Made by a program: the position numbers and the translations under genes. From Hanamia sp. (GTDB lineage Bacteria; Bacteroidota; Bacteroidia; Chitinophagales; Chitinophagaceae), in assembly GCA_035532615.1 (NCBI GenBank), contig DATKQQ010000076.1, positions 483-64,482 of the forward strand: 64,000 bases of DNA. The letters are read 5' to 3'. The number at the start of each line of letters is the position of its first letter. Position 1 is the stretch's first letter. Positions 31,214 through 40,026 of this stretch are shown here, piece by piece. Below the pieces are notes generated by a model. That model was not told the origin of the DNA. It was given only the letters and a program-made list of their open reading frames with translations, and searched no databases.

Positions 31214-32584
31214 TTAATTCTGTTCCATTCCGGTACTTGTTATGATGTCAGTTGGTATCGGGAGTGCATAGCGGCTGTCGTTTGGTGGTAAAGTATACGT
31301 TTGGCCATTTATGATTCTTGTAGGTGTGATATTGGCTCCTAAAATATTCAGCCTTTTTATATCGCTCCACCTTATGCCGCGTAATAATAATTCCTTCCGG
31401 CGTTCTGATAATATCTTGTTGACAGCTGTTGTCTTATCTGTTTCGTTGATTTCGGGATACGGAACGTTGTTGTTCCATCTCTCCTTCATTAACGTATTTA
31501 GGTCTTCCATTGCTTTTCCCAGCATTCCCAACCGGGCATAACATTCAGCCCTTACCAGGAACATTTCATCGGTGCCAATTCCGGTGAATAAATTAATATA
31601 GTCTGCGGTGTAGGCACCTTTAAATCGGTAATACCCGTTGTCAAACCTGAAAAAGCCGGTCTTTCTTAGATCGTTTTCGTCATAGCTTGCATAAAGAGTG
31701 GAATCGACATACGCATTGAAGGGATAATGATCCGTATTATACGTGTTCATTTCGGTATAATAGATCACCTCAGGGTTATCAAAATTGGAAAAGGGGATAT
31801 CGCTGTCAAGTGATACTCCATTATAATCCAGGAGGTCGCTTTTCAAATCCAGGCAAAGGCTGCTGTATTGTAAGGCGCTGTCAAATTCATTCATTGACAG
31901 AAACGTTCTTGCAAGCAGTCCGTAGCAAGCTGCTTTTGAAGGAAGCAAAACGTTGGCAGAAAGTTCTGGGAGTAACTGTGCAGCTTCTTCCGCATCTGAA
32001 ATAATCCGCTGGTAGGTTTCGCTTACTGATGCCCTTTTTGAAGTAGTATTAAAATCTGAAGTGGTTCTGATCACAATTCCAAGATCAGTTTCAGCTGTAG
32101 CTTTATTATAGCTTTTGGCATAATCCCACGATAGGTTTAAAAAACTGTATGCCCTGGTAAAAAGAGCATAGCCTTTGACCTTGTCCCATTGATTTTGATT
32201 AGCCGGCGTGCGCGAAATTTCATTAAGTGTTTCCAAAGTGTAATTGGAATTATAAACAGGCAGGTAACTGGCAGACCAGTCATTCGCATATTTGTATGAT
32301 TTTAAAGCCCAGATATATTGTTGTTGAGGTTCGGTAGGGAGGTAGTCATATGTCGACTGGGGCAAAAAATAATCGTCAGCTGATGTTTCGCCAAAGGAAG
32401 GTGTCACCTGGAAATTCATGAGCTGCGCATCATTAAACAGCCCTTGTAGTTCGTCCAGTGTTTTGGGTACAGTTAATGAACTATCAGGCTTTTTATCAAG
32501 GTATTTTTTGCATGATAAAAAAAAGATTGGTACCAAGACAGCCAGCAAGATGTATAGTGGCAGGAATTTATTACTTGTTTGCAT
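31214..32584 (-). CDS. SusD/RagB family nutrient-binding lipoprotein
   Basis: Lipobox FFLSCKK. TPR-like SusD sequence. Lies directly downstream of SusC. Confidence 0.85.
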   Translation of the reverse strand: MQTSNKFLPLYILLAVLVPIFFLSCKKYLDKKPDSSLTVPKTLDELQGLFNDAQLMNFQVTPSFGETSADDYFLPQSTYDYLPTEPQQQYIWALKSYKYANDWSASYLPVYNSNYTLETLNEISRTPANQNQWDKVKGYALFTRAYSFLNLSWDYAKSYNKATAETDLGIVIRTTSDFNTTSKRASVSETYQRIISDAEEAAQLLPELSANVLLPSKAACYGLLARTFLSMNEFDSALQYSSLCLDLKSDLLDYNGVSLDSDIPFSNFDNPEVIYYTEMNTYNTDHYPFNAYVDSTLYASYDENDLRKTGFFRFDNGYYRFKGAYTADYINLFTGIGTDEMFLVRAECYARLGMLGKAMEDLNTLMKERWNNNVPYPEINETDKTTAVNKILSERRKELLLRGIRWSDIKRLNILGANITPTRIINGQTYTLPPNDSRYALPIPTDIITSTGMEQN

Positions 32585-32605
32585 AAAATAATTTTTTTTA
32601 GTTGA

Positions 32606-35600
32606 TTAAAATGTTGCCTGCAACCCTATGGCATATGTTTTGGGAGAAGGTATTGAATAAGGAAAATCGGGATCAATCTTTTCTTTATTAGCCCGCCATA
32701 ATATTCCGAGATTTGAAATGTTTGCATATATTCTCAATCCAGGCTTATGCTCCTTATTTTCATGTTGCCTGATTTCATAAGAAATGTTTATATATTCCAG
32801 GCGGATATGATCGCCTTTTAACACGTTAATTTCCGAGGCGGCAAAAAAGGCGTCCCTTGCCGAAAACTGGGGATACCTGGTGTATACCATTGCTGGAATG
32901 TTAGTTGTATTTTCATCTCCCGGCTTTTGCCAGCGGTTGCTGAAATCGGCAGTCGTTCCCCCGTTATAAAAAAGATTATAATAGGAAAAAGTTGATTTTT
33001 TAAAGTAGTACCCAAGCTTATAGGAAATGTTGACTGAGGCAGAAAATCTTTTCCATGAAAAAGTATTGATCAGGGAACCAAAGACGACAGGCGTTGCAGG
33101 CCCAATGAATACGACACCTTCATTATTGATCAATCCATTTTTATCAACATTCGCGCTCATTGCATAGTAATCTGTCGATTTCTTTCCATCCAGCAAACCC
33201 TGTGGGTCTCCCTGGTCATTCAGCCCTTCCCATTTATAAGCAGCTATTGCATATAGTGGTTTGCCAACAGCAGGAGTAATAATTAAGCCATTGCTGCCTA
33301 AAAGGCTGCTTCCGTTTAAAGCAGCGTCTGTATAATAATGCGTTACCTTACTTTTGTTGTAGCTCCATAACAGGTCTGTTATCCATTTAAATTTTTTATC
33401 AAAGTTTTTCGATTCTAACCTCAGGTCAATCCCTTTACCTGACATACCCGCCACATTTTTTGTTATCTGTGAAGCATATCCCCATGTTGTATAATCGTAG
33501 TAGGTTAATCCATACAGATCGGATCCTTTTTTAAGGTAATACTCAAATGTTCCGGATATTACATTCCTGGCGCTTCTGAAGTCCAGTCCAAAATTTATCT
33601 GCCGTGATTGCTCCCATCTTAAGTCAGGATTATTGAGTGTCTGAACCCTTGTGTAGGGAAGGTTGGTAGTAGGGTTGTTAAAATAATTGGCAATTGGAAG
33701 GGCAGACCGGGAAGGATCTACGTTACCACTAAACCCATAAGATGCGCGCAGCCTCAGATAGGGAATCATCTTCACCCGGTAAAAATTTTCCCTCGAAATT
33801 TCCCACCCGGCCCCTGCTGACCAAAGTGGTTTCCATTTATCGTTGGTATTAACGCCAAAAATATTAGCTCCGTCTTTTCTTACACTGCCCGATAATGAGT
33901 ACCTGTTTTTAAAAATGTAGGAAGCGTTTGAATAGGCTGATACGTACCGGTTCACTGTAGCAGATAAGTTAGGACTACCGGGAATATTGCTCAAACTTCC
34001 ATAGGGCAATGTTGGATATTGATTTAAATAATCAATGTTTGCCGAGTAAAGGGGATCTTCATTGTACCCATAAACACTGTTGGAAAAACCTTTGTTGGCG
34101 ATCTGTCTTATTTCAAAGCCCGCAATGGCAAGGACGGCATGCTTTTGCCAGTGTTTGTTGAAGTTAAGCTGGCTCCTGAAATTTTGTGAATTCAGCACAT
34201 CATTGTACCGCAATTGAATTCCATTAGCAGGAACGATATAATTAATATTCCCCGTACTGTAATCAATTTGAGAAAATTGGTTGACCAGGTTACGCGTATA
34301 AAAACTTTCAATATCAGCATTTCTTACCGCATCACTTGTCTGTCTTTCATATTGATAGCGGATATCAAGGTCAAGCCCGTTTATTATCCTGTAATTTATC
34401 GCAATGTTTGCATTGATTTCTTCAAGAGTGGTTTTTAGCTGATTGTGTCTGTAATCTTCAAGAGGATAATAATTCCAGTTAAGCAGCTTGCTTCCTCCGA
34501 TTGTATCCGTATAGCTGGTGCTGTAATTTTGTGCAACAGCCGCGGGATTTCCATTGCTGTCCGTTAATTGAATATAAGGCACATTTTTTCCGTCAAAAGT
34601 TACCGATGAAGGCCTTCCTGACACCGAAGTACTGTTGGTATAGTAGGCGCCCACAGAAAGCTGCAGGTTTTTCACCGGTTTAAAGGTGTTGAGAATATGG
34701 ATATTTAATTTATCAAACCGATCATATAGTGTTCCCCTGTTCCGGTTATAATTGATGCCGAGGGTATAGGCATTGGTAGTTGAACCTCCCCTAAGATTTA
34801 TCCCATACTGTTGGGTAACTGCATTGGTATAAAAGTATTTATTATAATCATTCCGCACATCCAGGGTTTTAAGCTGGTTAATTTTAGCTATTGAATCCTG
34901 CTGAGTTATCAAACCCCGGTCACGATCAACAAATATTTGGAGTGCCGGTGTAAAGGGCGTGTGGTAATACCAATCGAACCTCACCTGGTCGTTATAAAAA
35001 CCGTTTTTGTATAGAAATTGCTCGGCTTCAATATAATCTGAGGAGGATATCTGGGAAGGATAAAAGAGATCGGGCTTTTCAGCCACAGTAAGGGTAGTGT
35101 TGAACTCCACCTGTAGGGGTTGATTATATTTTCCTTTTTTGGTAGTGATTACAATAACACCGTTACCACCTTTAGCGCCATAGATAGAAGTAGCCGCTGC
35201 ATCTTTGAGTATAGAAACCGATTCAATATCGTTCGGATTGATATTTTTGATATCACCCTCATAGATAAAATTATCAAGGACAATTACAGGATTTAAAGGC
35301 CCGTTGATGGTGCTGAGCCCCCTGATTGAGAGGTTCAGATCGCTGGCAGGGTTATTATTCGATTTATTTGAAAACAATAAACCGGTAGTAACTCCTTTAA
35401 GCCTGTTTAAAATGTTGGTGCCAACCTGTTCATTTAATGTTTTGTTGTCTATGACAGCAATAGATCCGTTCAGTTCGTTCGGCTTAAGCGTCTGGTAGCC
35501 GGTATTGGCATTTACCACCACTTCTTTGTCTTCGGTAACTTTTGATGTGGTGATAACCGTTCCTATATTACCTCGACCCTTTACTTGCACTTCTGCCGTT

Positions 35601-35863
35601 TGAACCGATACCCCGGTAATTTCCAAAACCGCGTTGGCGTCCACATTTTTTAGTTTAAAGCTGCCATCATCCGATGTTGCTGTTGCCAGTTGTGTTCCCT
35701 TAACGCTTACTGTCGCCGCTACGGGCTCATTTTTTTCATTGACTATTTTACCTGTAACCGTTATTTTTTGCGAATGCTGTGCCTGGCAATCGGAAATTTT
35801 AAGGATACAAAAAGTGAGCATTAAAACAATAGCCGCTGTGAGTTGTTTAAAAGACTTTTTCAT
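32606..35863 (-). CDS. SusC/RagA family TonB-linked outer-membrane protein
   Basis: 1085 aa. N-terminal carboxypeptidase-regulatory-like domain, then plug and barrel. Terminal ...LQATF. Confidence 0.9.
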   Translation of the reverse strand: MKKSFKQLTAAIVLMLTFCILKISDCQAQHSQKITVTGKIVNEKNEPVAATVSVKGTQLATATSDDGSFKLKNVDANAVLEITGVSVQTAEVQVKGRGNIGTVITTSKVTEDKEVVVNANTGYQTLKPNELNGSIAVIDNKTLNEQVGTNILNRLKGVTTGLLFSNKSNNNPASDLNLSIRGLSTINGPLNPVIVLDNFIYEGDIKNINPNDIESVSILKDAAATSIYGAKGGNGVIVITTKKGKYNQPLQVEFNTTLTVAEKPDLFYPSQISSSDYIEAEQFLYKNGFYNDQVRFDWYYHTPFTPALQIFVDRDRGLITQQDSIAKINQLKTLDVRNDYNKYFYTNAVTQQYGINLRGGSTTNAYTLGINYNRNRGTLYDRFDKLNIHILNTFKPVKNLQLSVGAYYTNSTSVSGRPSSVTFDGKNVPYIQLTDSNGNPAAVAQNYSTSYTDTIGGSKLLNWNYYPLEDYRHNQLKTTLEEINANIAINYRIINGLDLDIRYQYERQTSDAVRNADIESFYTRNLVNQFSQIDYSTGNINYIVPANGIQLRYNDVLNSQNFRSQLNFNKHWQKHAVLAIAGFEIRQIANKGFSNSVYGYNEDPLYSANIDYLNQYPTLPYGSLSNIPGSPNLSATVNRYVSAYSNASYIFKNRYSLSGSVRKDGANIFGVNTNDKWKPLWSAGAGWEISRENFYRVKMIPYLRLRASYGFSGNVDPSRSALPIANYFNNPTTNLPYTRVQTLNNPDLRWEQSRQINFGLDFRSARNVISGTFEYYLKKGSDLYGLTYYDYTTWGYASQITKNVAGMSGKGIDLRLESKNFDKKFKWITDLLWSYNKSKVTHYYTDAALNGSSLLGSNGLIITPAVGKPLYAIAAYKWEGLNDQGDPQGLLDGKKSTDYYAMSANVDKNGLINNEGVVFIGPATPVVFGSLINTFSWKRFSASVNISYKLGYYFKKSTFSYYNLFYNGGTTADFSNRWQKPGDENTTNIPAMVYTRYPQFSARDAFFAASEINVLKGDHIRLEYINISYEIRQHENKEHKPGLRIYANISNLGILWRANKEKIDPDFPYSIPSPKTYAIGLQATF

Positions 35864-35885
35864 TGTGTAAATTTTTTAAAGCTTG

Positions 35886-37193
35886 TTATTGGTAATTATT
35901 TTTTAAAGGCCTGTCACTTATAATTATCGCTTCTATTTTTCTTTTGGCAGCCACGAGCTGAAGGCCCTTGCCGGCCAGGAAGTGCATAATTTTTACGGCG
36001 TTATAAGTGTTAAATTCAAAAGGAAAAGAAAGGTCTATTTTGTAAGGCAGGTTGGTTTCGTCTATAACAGGAACGGGAAACAATGGCTGCAATACCTGGC
36101 TTACGAGCGTGGAGGAAGATTCATTTCGTATGGCTTTATGCAACGTGTTTTGTTGTAAATCCATAAAAGGTTTTCCGCCGGTAGTTTTTAATTGCACTGT
36201 GTTTTTAGTTGCCTGCAAAACATAACAATCCATGACCCTTTGTTCATTTCTTGCCGATATTCTGAAATTGCGATAAAGATCCTGTTGCATGTATCGATAA
36301 GCTTCCTCTCTTGAAACCGGCGGAGTTATCAATTCATAGCAATACCTGTTTTCAGGTAGTTTTTCAAGAGAAGTATCGGTAAATATTTTTTTATTATATT
36401 TTTTTGATTCAACAATTAACCTGTTTGACCCGTAAGATTTAAAAACGGAAGGGTAGGCAATCGCAACAAGGGTATGAAGATCGCAATTAAGCATATACAT
36501 CCTGCTGATACGACCATTATCACTACTTTTTATTCCTATCATTGCTCCAAGGTTTTTCTTAAAGCCTGTAATGAGAGAACGGTATAAAAAGCCTGCCGGA
36601 TCATCTCCGCCATTTTCATCAACCAATAAAGGCTTGTCCGGATTAAATCTCAGGTAGTCCCGTTTAGTTACAAGGGTAAAAGATGAATCTGATAAAAACT
36701 TTTCAATATTTGCTGCAGTTACCTCTTCAGCATTGGTTATCCCTGCTACTTTACCAAAAGGATTTATCCAAACATAATGCGGTATTTCCTTTAGGGGAAA
36801 GTAAAGACTGATACCGTAGTTATGAAGCGCATAAGGAAGGGTGAAAGATTCTCCTGTCCTTTCTTTTCTTTTCATAAGGAAGGTGCTTACGTGAGCGGCA
36901 CTTTCAGATGTGTCAGCATCTACCATAAGTATCTGCATCCTGCCATCAAACTGTTGTTGCAACTGCTGCATTTTCGGAAATTCACGGATGCAGCTACCAC
37001 ACCATGTAGCCCAAAAATCAAGAATGACCAATTTTCCTTTAAGCTGGGTCAGTTTAAGAGCGGAAGAAGGATAATTGTAAATATTGGTAAGTGTTATAGC
37101 CGGAACAGCCTCTCCCACATTGAGTGCCTTCACCGTTTGCCCCTGGTTCACCATAGGCCAAAGAAGTATCATTAAGCAATAAATTGTTTTCAT
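35886..37193 (-). CDS. TlpA-like thioredoxin-fold protein with a C-terminal domain of unknown function
   Basis: LDFWATWCGSC CxxC motif, plus about 270 aa of extra C-terminal sequence. Confidence 0.7.
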   Translation of the reverse strand: MKTIYCLMILLWPMVNQGQTVKALNVGEAVPAITLTNIYNYPSSALKLTQLKGKLVILDFWATWCGSCIREFPKMQQLQQQFDGRMQILMVDADTSESAAHVSTFLMKRKERTGESFTLPYALHNYGISLYFPLKEIPHYVWINPFGKVAGITNAEEVTAANIEKFLSDSSFTLVTKRDYLRFNPDKPLLVDENGGDDPAGFLYRSLITGFKKNLGAMIGIKSSDNGRISRMYMLNCDLHTLVAIAYPSVFKSYGSNRLIVESKKYNKKIFTDTSLEKLPENRYCYELITPPVSREEAYRYMQQDLYRNFRISARNEQRVMDCYVLQATKNTVQLKTTGGKPFMDLQQNTLHKAIRNESSSTLVSQVLQPLFPVPVIDETNLPYKIDLSFPFEFNTYNAVKIMHFLAGKGLQLVAAKRKIEAIIISDRPLKNNYQ

Positions 37194-37328
37194 TGCAGTT
37201 GGTTTAAAGATGAAAAATTGAGTGTATTACAGTATGGTAAAAGCCTTGCTAGGTGGGGCCTTTGGGCTTGCACTCAAAGAGGGCTTTGAGCCATTTTACG
37301 TACATGATTTTATTTTGCATAGGAATAA

Positions 37329-37637
37329 TCATTTTGCCGGGTTATTATCATCTTCCTCATCCGGCAGCACATATCCGCCGACGGGAATTTTAATGGGTGG
37401 ACGATCAAAAATCTGGAACTGTTTAAAGTAAAAGCACCGGTTTAGTACATCGGTCTTAAGTACCAGGCGCAGGAACCTCGAGGGCGCAAGCCCATTTACC
37501 TGGTATTGATCCTCCAAAACTTTACGAGCTATTTTTTCCGCCTCATCATGATCCTCAATTAAGATCGTTGCATACCGCAACAGCAGCGGGTAATAATAAG
37601 CGATAATAGCAGCAGCGGATGGGTTGATATTTTTCAT
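37329..37637 (-). CDS. Hypothetical protein (weak resemblance to sigma-70 region 2)
   Basis: 102-aa ORF. YYYPLLLRYATILIEDHDEAEKIARKVLEDQY resembles ECF sigma region 2, but no region 4 is present. Confidence 0.35.
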   Translation of the reverse strand: MKNINPSAAAIIAYYYPLLLRYATILIEDHDEAEKIARKVLEDQYQVNGLAPSRFLRLVLKTDVLNRCFYFKQFQIFDRPPIKIPVGGYVLPDEEDDNNPAK

Positions 37638-37703
37638 CGTAAAAAATAAGTTTTAAAAGCAGTTACACTAAAAGAAAACACAAGCAATACAAAATAAACT
37701 ATT

Positions 37704-37815
37704 CAAAAACCGGCAGCAGGCCGCCGTAAGACTACCGGCGGCCATTGCTCTTATTTGATTCCTTAACTACATGAGAAGGAGCAGCTGCCGGACTATAACA
37801 CACAAGGACAAACGC
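37704..37815 (-). other. Structured GC-rich 3' element, module 1 (three-way junction closed by a helix plus U-tract)
   Basis: Plus-strand arms: CCGGCAGC 37710-17 / GCTGCCGG 37784-91, GGCCGCCG 37719-26 / CGGCGGCC 37736-43, TGCTC 37746-50 / GAGCA 37779-83. An A-run at 37705-09 gives a U-run on the minus strand. Confidence 0.5.
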
Positions 37816-37819
37816 AAAT

Positions 37820-37942
37820 TTACTCAGGGTTTCCGGGCTTTTGTTCGTACCTTTTTTGCATAAAGCTTTTTACCGCATCACTCCACCACAGGCGCCAATG
37901 AACGTTAGTAAAAGAAACCGAAAAGGAACGATCGTTTTTCAT
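37820..37942 (-). CDS. 40-codon ORF paralogous to the C-terminus of ORF 38110..38370
   Basis: MKNDRSFSVSFTNVHWRLWWSDAVKSFMQKRYEQKPGNPE. It shares FTN.H.R and a terminal NPE* with the 86-aa ORF. It is below the length cut-off of the ORF track. Confidence 0.3.
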   Translation of the reverse strand: MKNDRSFSVSFTNVHWRLWWSDAVKSFMQKRYEQKPGNPE

Positions 37943-37970
37943 CAAACCCTATTTTAAATTTTAAATAATT

Positions 37971-38095
37971 TTAAAGAACACCGGCAGCCGGTAACCGGAT
38001 ACTGCGCCGGCAACCGTTGCTTCGCTAATCGAAACATGAGAAGAAAACATCAGAAAGCACTGCCGGTGAGGTATAACACAAGGATCGCTATACAC
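37971..38095 (-). other. Structured GC-rich 3' element, module 2
   Basis: CACCGGCAG 37979-87 / CTGCCGGTG 38060-68 and TGCTT 38018-22 / AAGCA 38055-59. Conserved ACATGAGAAG loop at 38034-43. Confidence 0.5.
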
Positions 38096-38109
38096 TGGGT
38101 CTCGGATTG

Positions 38110-38370
38110 CTATTCAGGGTTTCTTTTCTTAGTAGTAAACTTGGTTTTGATATCGCAAAGCGCCGCCCCTTTAAGGCGGCTTATTAATTGAAATCTTTTA
38201 TACCAGGTAATTAAGAAGTAACGGTGATGGCCATTAGTAAATGTGGTAATTGGCGCACCTGTTTCTTTGGCTTTAATCTGCTGCATAAAAAGGTAATACA
38301 GGATAAAGAGACGGTTGCATTTATGGTTGCACGTTAGTGAAGTGGAATTATTTTTTTTGCAATTGCTCAT
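38110..38370 (-). CDS. Hypothetical protein
   Basis: 86-aa ORF. Its C-terminal half is paralogous to the small ORF at 37820..37942. Confidence 0.35.
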   Translation of the reverse strand: MSNCKKNNSTSLTCNHKCNRLFILYYLFMQQIKAKETGAPITTFTNGHHRYFLITWYKRFQLISRLKGAALCDIKTKFTTKKRNPE

Positions 38371-38387
38371 TCAACAAGTTTTATTAG

Positions 38388-38590
38388 AATGAGTCTGAGT
38401 TGGTTAGCCCTAAATTAAAAATAGGTGAGGGCTCTACCAACCATCGTTCCTAGTTGACAGCCAAGAAAATGGAATTACGGCAAAGCCCACACCTACTTTC
38501 AAACACAAATGTAGTATCATTAGTAGATGTAGGCATTTAATTCACCGTCTCGCTTTCTTGGCTGTCAGTCTTTGAACGACGAGACTCGTT
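38388..38590. ncRNA. Candidate structured RNA / palindromic element of unknown class
   Basis: Nested helices. AATGAGTCT 38388-96 / AGACTCGTT 38582-90. GTTGGTTAGCCC 38399-410 / GGGCTCTACCAACC 38429-42. Perfect 14-bp TGACAGCCAAGAAA 38455-68 / TTTCTTGGCTGTCA 38554-67. Confidence 0.3.
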
Positions 38591-38647
38591 ATTAAGCTAA
38601 TACTTAAATGCTTTATTATATGACAAATATAATTAAAATATTAAAGT

Positions 38648-38661
38648 CAACAATATTGTTG
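38648..38661. promoter_or_regulatory. Perfect 14-bp palindrome CAACAATATTGTTG (candidate operator)
   Basis: Lies 36 bp upstream of the XRE HTH start codon. Confidence 0.4.
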
Positions 38662-38696
38662 ACCATATTTATAAAATATTTATCCACACTTGTAAA

Positions 38697-38933
38697 ATGC
38701 GCAAGCTCGACAATGATGATATTGATTTAAAAAAAAAGATTGCATTAAGGATTAAATCTTTAAGAAAAGCCACTGGTAAAGGAATGACGGAATTTGCCAA
38801 AGACACGTATAAAGATAAGCAAAGCCAAAACCGATGGGAAAAAGAAGGTGCTTCCATTTTTACAATAAACAAATTTTGCAAAGAGATAGGAATAACTATT
38901 TCGGAGTTCTTTAATGATCCAATATTCAGATAA
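38697..38933 (+). CDS. XRE-family HTH transcriptional regulator
   Basis: 78 aa. HTH_3-like LRIKSLRKATGKGMTEFAKDT... segment. Confidence 0.8.
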   Translation: MRKLDNDDIDLKKKIALRIKSLRKATGKGMTEFAKDTYKDKQSQNRWEKEGASIFTINKFCKEIGITISEFFNDPIFR

Positions 38934-38978
38934 CAACTACAAATTGATTTTTGACCCCAAAGGCAATTTTAGATCTGG

Positions 38979-39521
38979 CTATTTATTATTAATTGCTCTC
39001 AAAGTCCTTTCGTCTATAATACCAGTTCTTGGCACATTCAGGACTTTTTGAAATAATTTTATGCCTTCCCATAAGCCTATATTTACACATGAATCAAATA
39101 AATCATTAGCTATTTCCTGGCTTATAATTTCATCTCCGCGAATTTTGTCCCAATATTCTTTTCTATAAAATTTTTGTACACTTTTTTCAAGATCATAAAT
39201 TTTCAAGAGGTTTTTTGGAAATAAATCAGAAACCTTACAACTGTCGATCAATTTCCATCCCTCCCAACTATTATGAAAATTTCTTGCAATCCCTTTATAA
39301 GTTTCACCTCCTCTATCTTTTTTGTCATTTGCATAATATCCTTCAAATTTCATGGTCCGATTATAAGCAAGAATAAAGTTTGCCTTAGGACTTATAATAC
39401 ATAAATTTTTTACTGGATAATTTTCACTTTCTATATTTTTATTTATATCGACCGATAATTTACAATATTGAGAAGATAATGGTATTAGAATGAAATATAA
39501 CACATAGTTTTTTAAAATCAT
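38979..39521 (-). CDS. GH108-like muramidase domain protein, C-terminally short
   Basis: FEGYYANDKKDRGGETYKGI matches the GH108 EGGY...DPGG.T..GI signature, and FDSCVNIG is also conserved. It ends where the peptidoglycan-binding domain normally begins. ATG at 39521 preferred over the TTG at 39536. Confidence 0.65.
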   Translation of the reverse strand: MILKNYVLYFILIPLSSQYCKLSVDINKNIESENYPVKNLCIISPKANFILAYNRTMKFEGYYANDKKDRGGETYKGIARNFHNSWEGWKLIDSCKVSDLFPKNLLKIYDLEKSVQKFYRKEYWDKIRGDEIISQEIANDLFDSCVNIGLWEGIKLFQKVLNVPRTGIIDERTLRAINNK

Positions 39522-40026
39522 GGGTGTCTGGTTCAATTGATTCTTACAATTTGAAAATTAGGATCAAAAAAGCATTTATTACGAGATGATTGTCTCTGAG
39601 TATGGATGTAAAATCGATTACCAAATATAATGAATAAGGTTATCTGTTAAATAAAAATTGCTGGTATTTTTTCGTTTAATGGTTAGCACTACTGTCTTTA
39701 ATTCAATTTGAAGTGTTCCTTATTTCGATTATGGATGAGCGTTAGTCATGGATTTAAAATTCAATTTTGGCATTTTTAGTATGGCGGATTCCAGGTTGCA
39801 ACTTTCCGAACGTAGACAACCGTTTTTTCCGGAAGATTATGAAATATTGGAAACAGCAATTCAAGGTTTTAATATAACTAGTACTCTTTGACAAAAACCA
39901 CTTGAGTGCAAATAAACAAGTGAAATAAATAGCTATTTAAGCAGGTTGTATACCCCTTTTGCCAAAGTATCTGCTTTAAAACTTCTTTATAATTTCTTCA
40001 AATAATTAGTCATGCTTCGTTTACAA

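Noticed and set aside
37222-37431. 69-aa plus-strand ORF between the TlpA-like gene and the 102-aa ORF
   Set aside because: It overlaps the minus-strand 102-aa ORF and an intergenic hairpin (CTCAAAG/CTTTGAG), and has no motif.
38388-38590. Retron msr/msd RNA
   Set aside because: Flanking inverted repeats are present, but no reverse transcriptase gene exists anywhere in the window.
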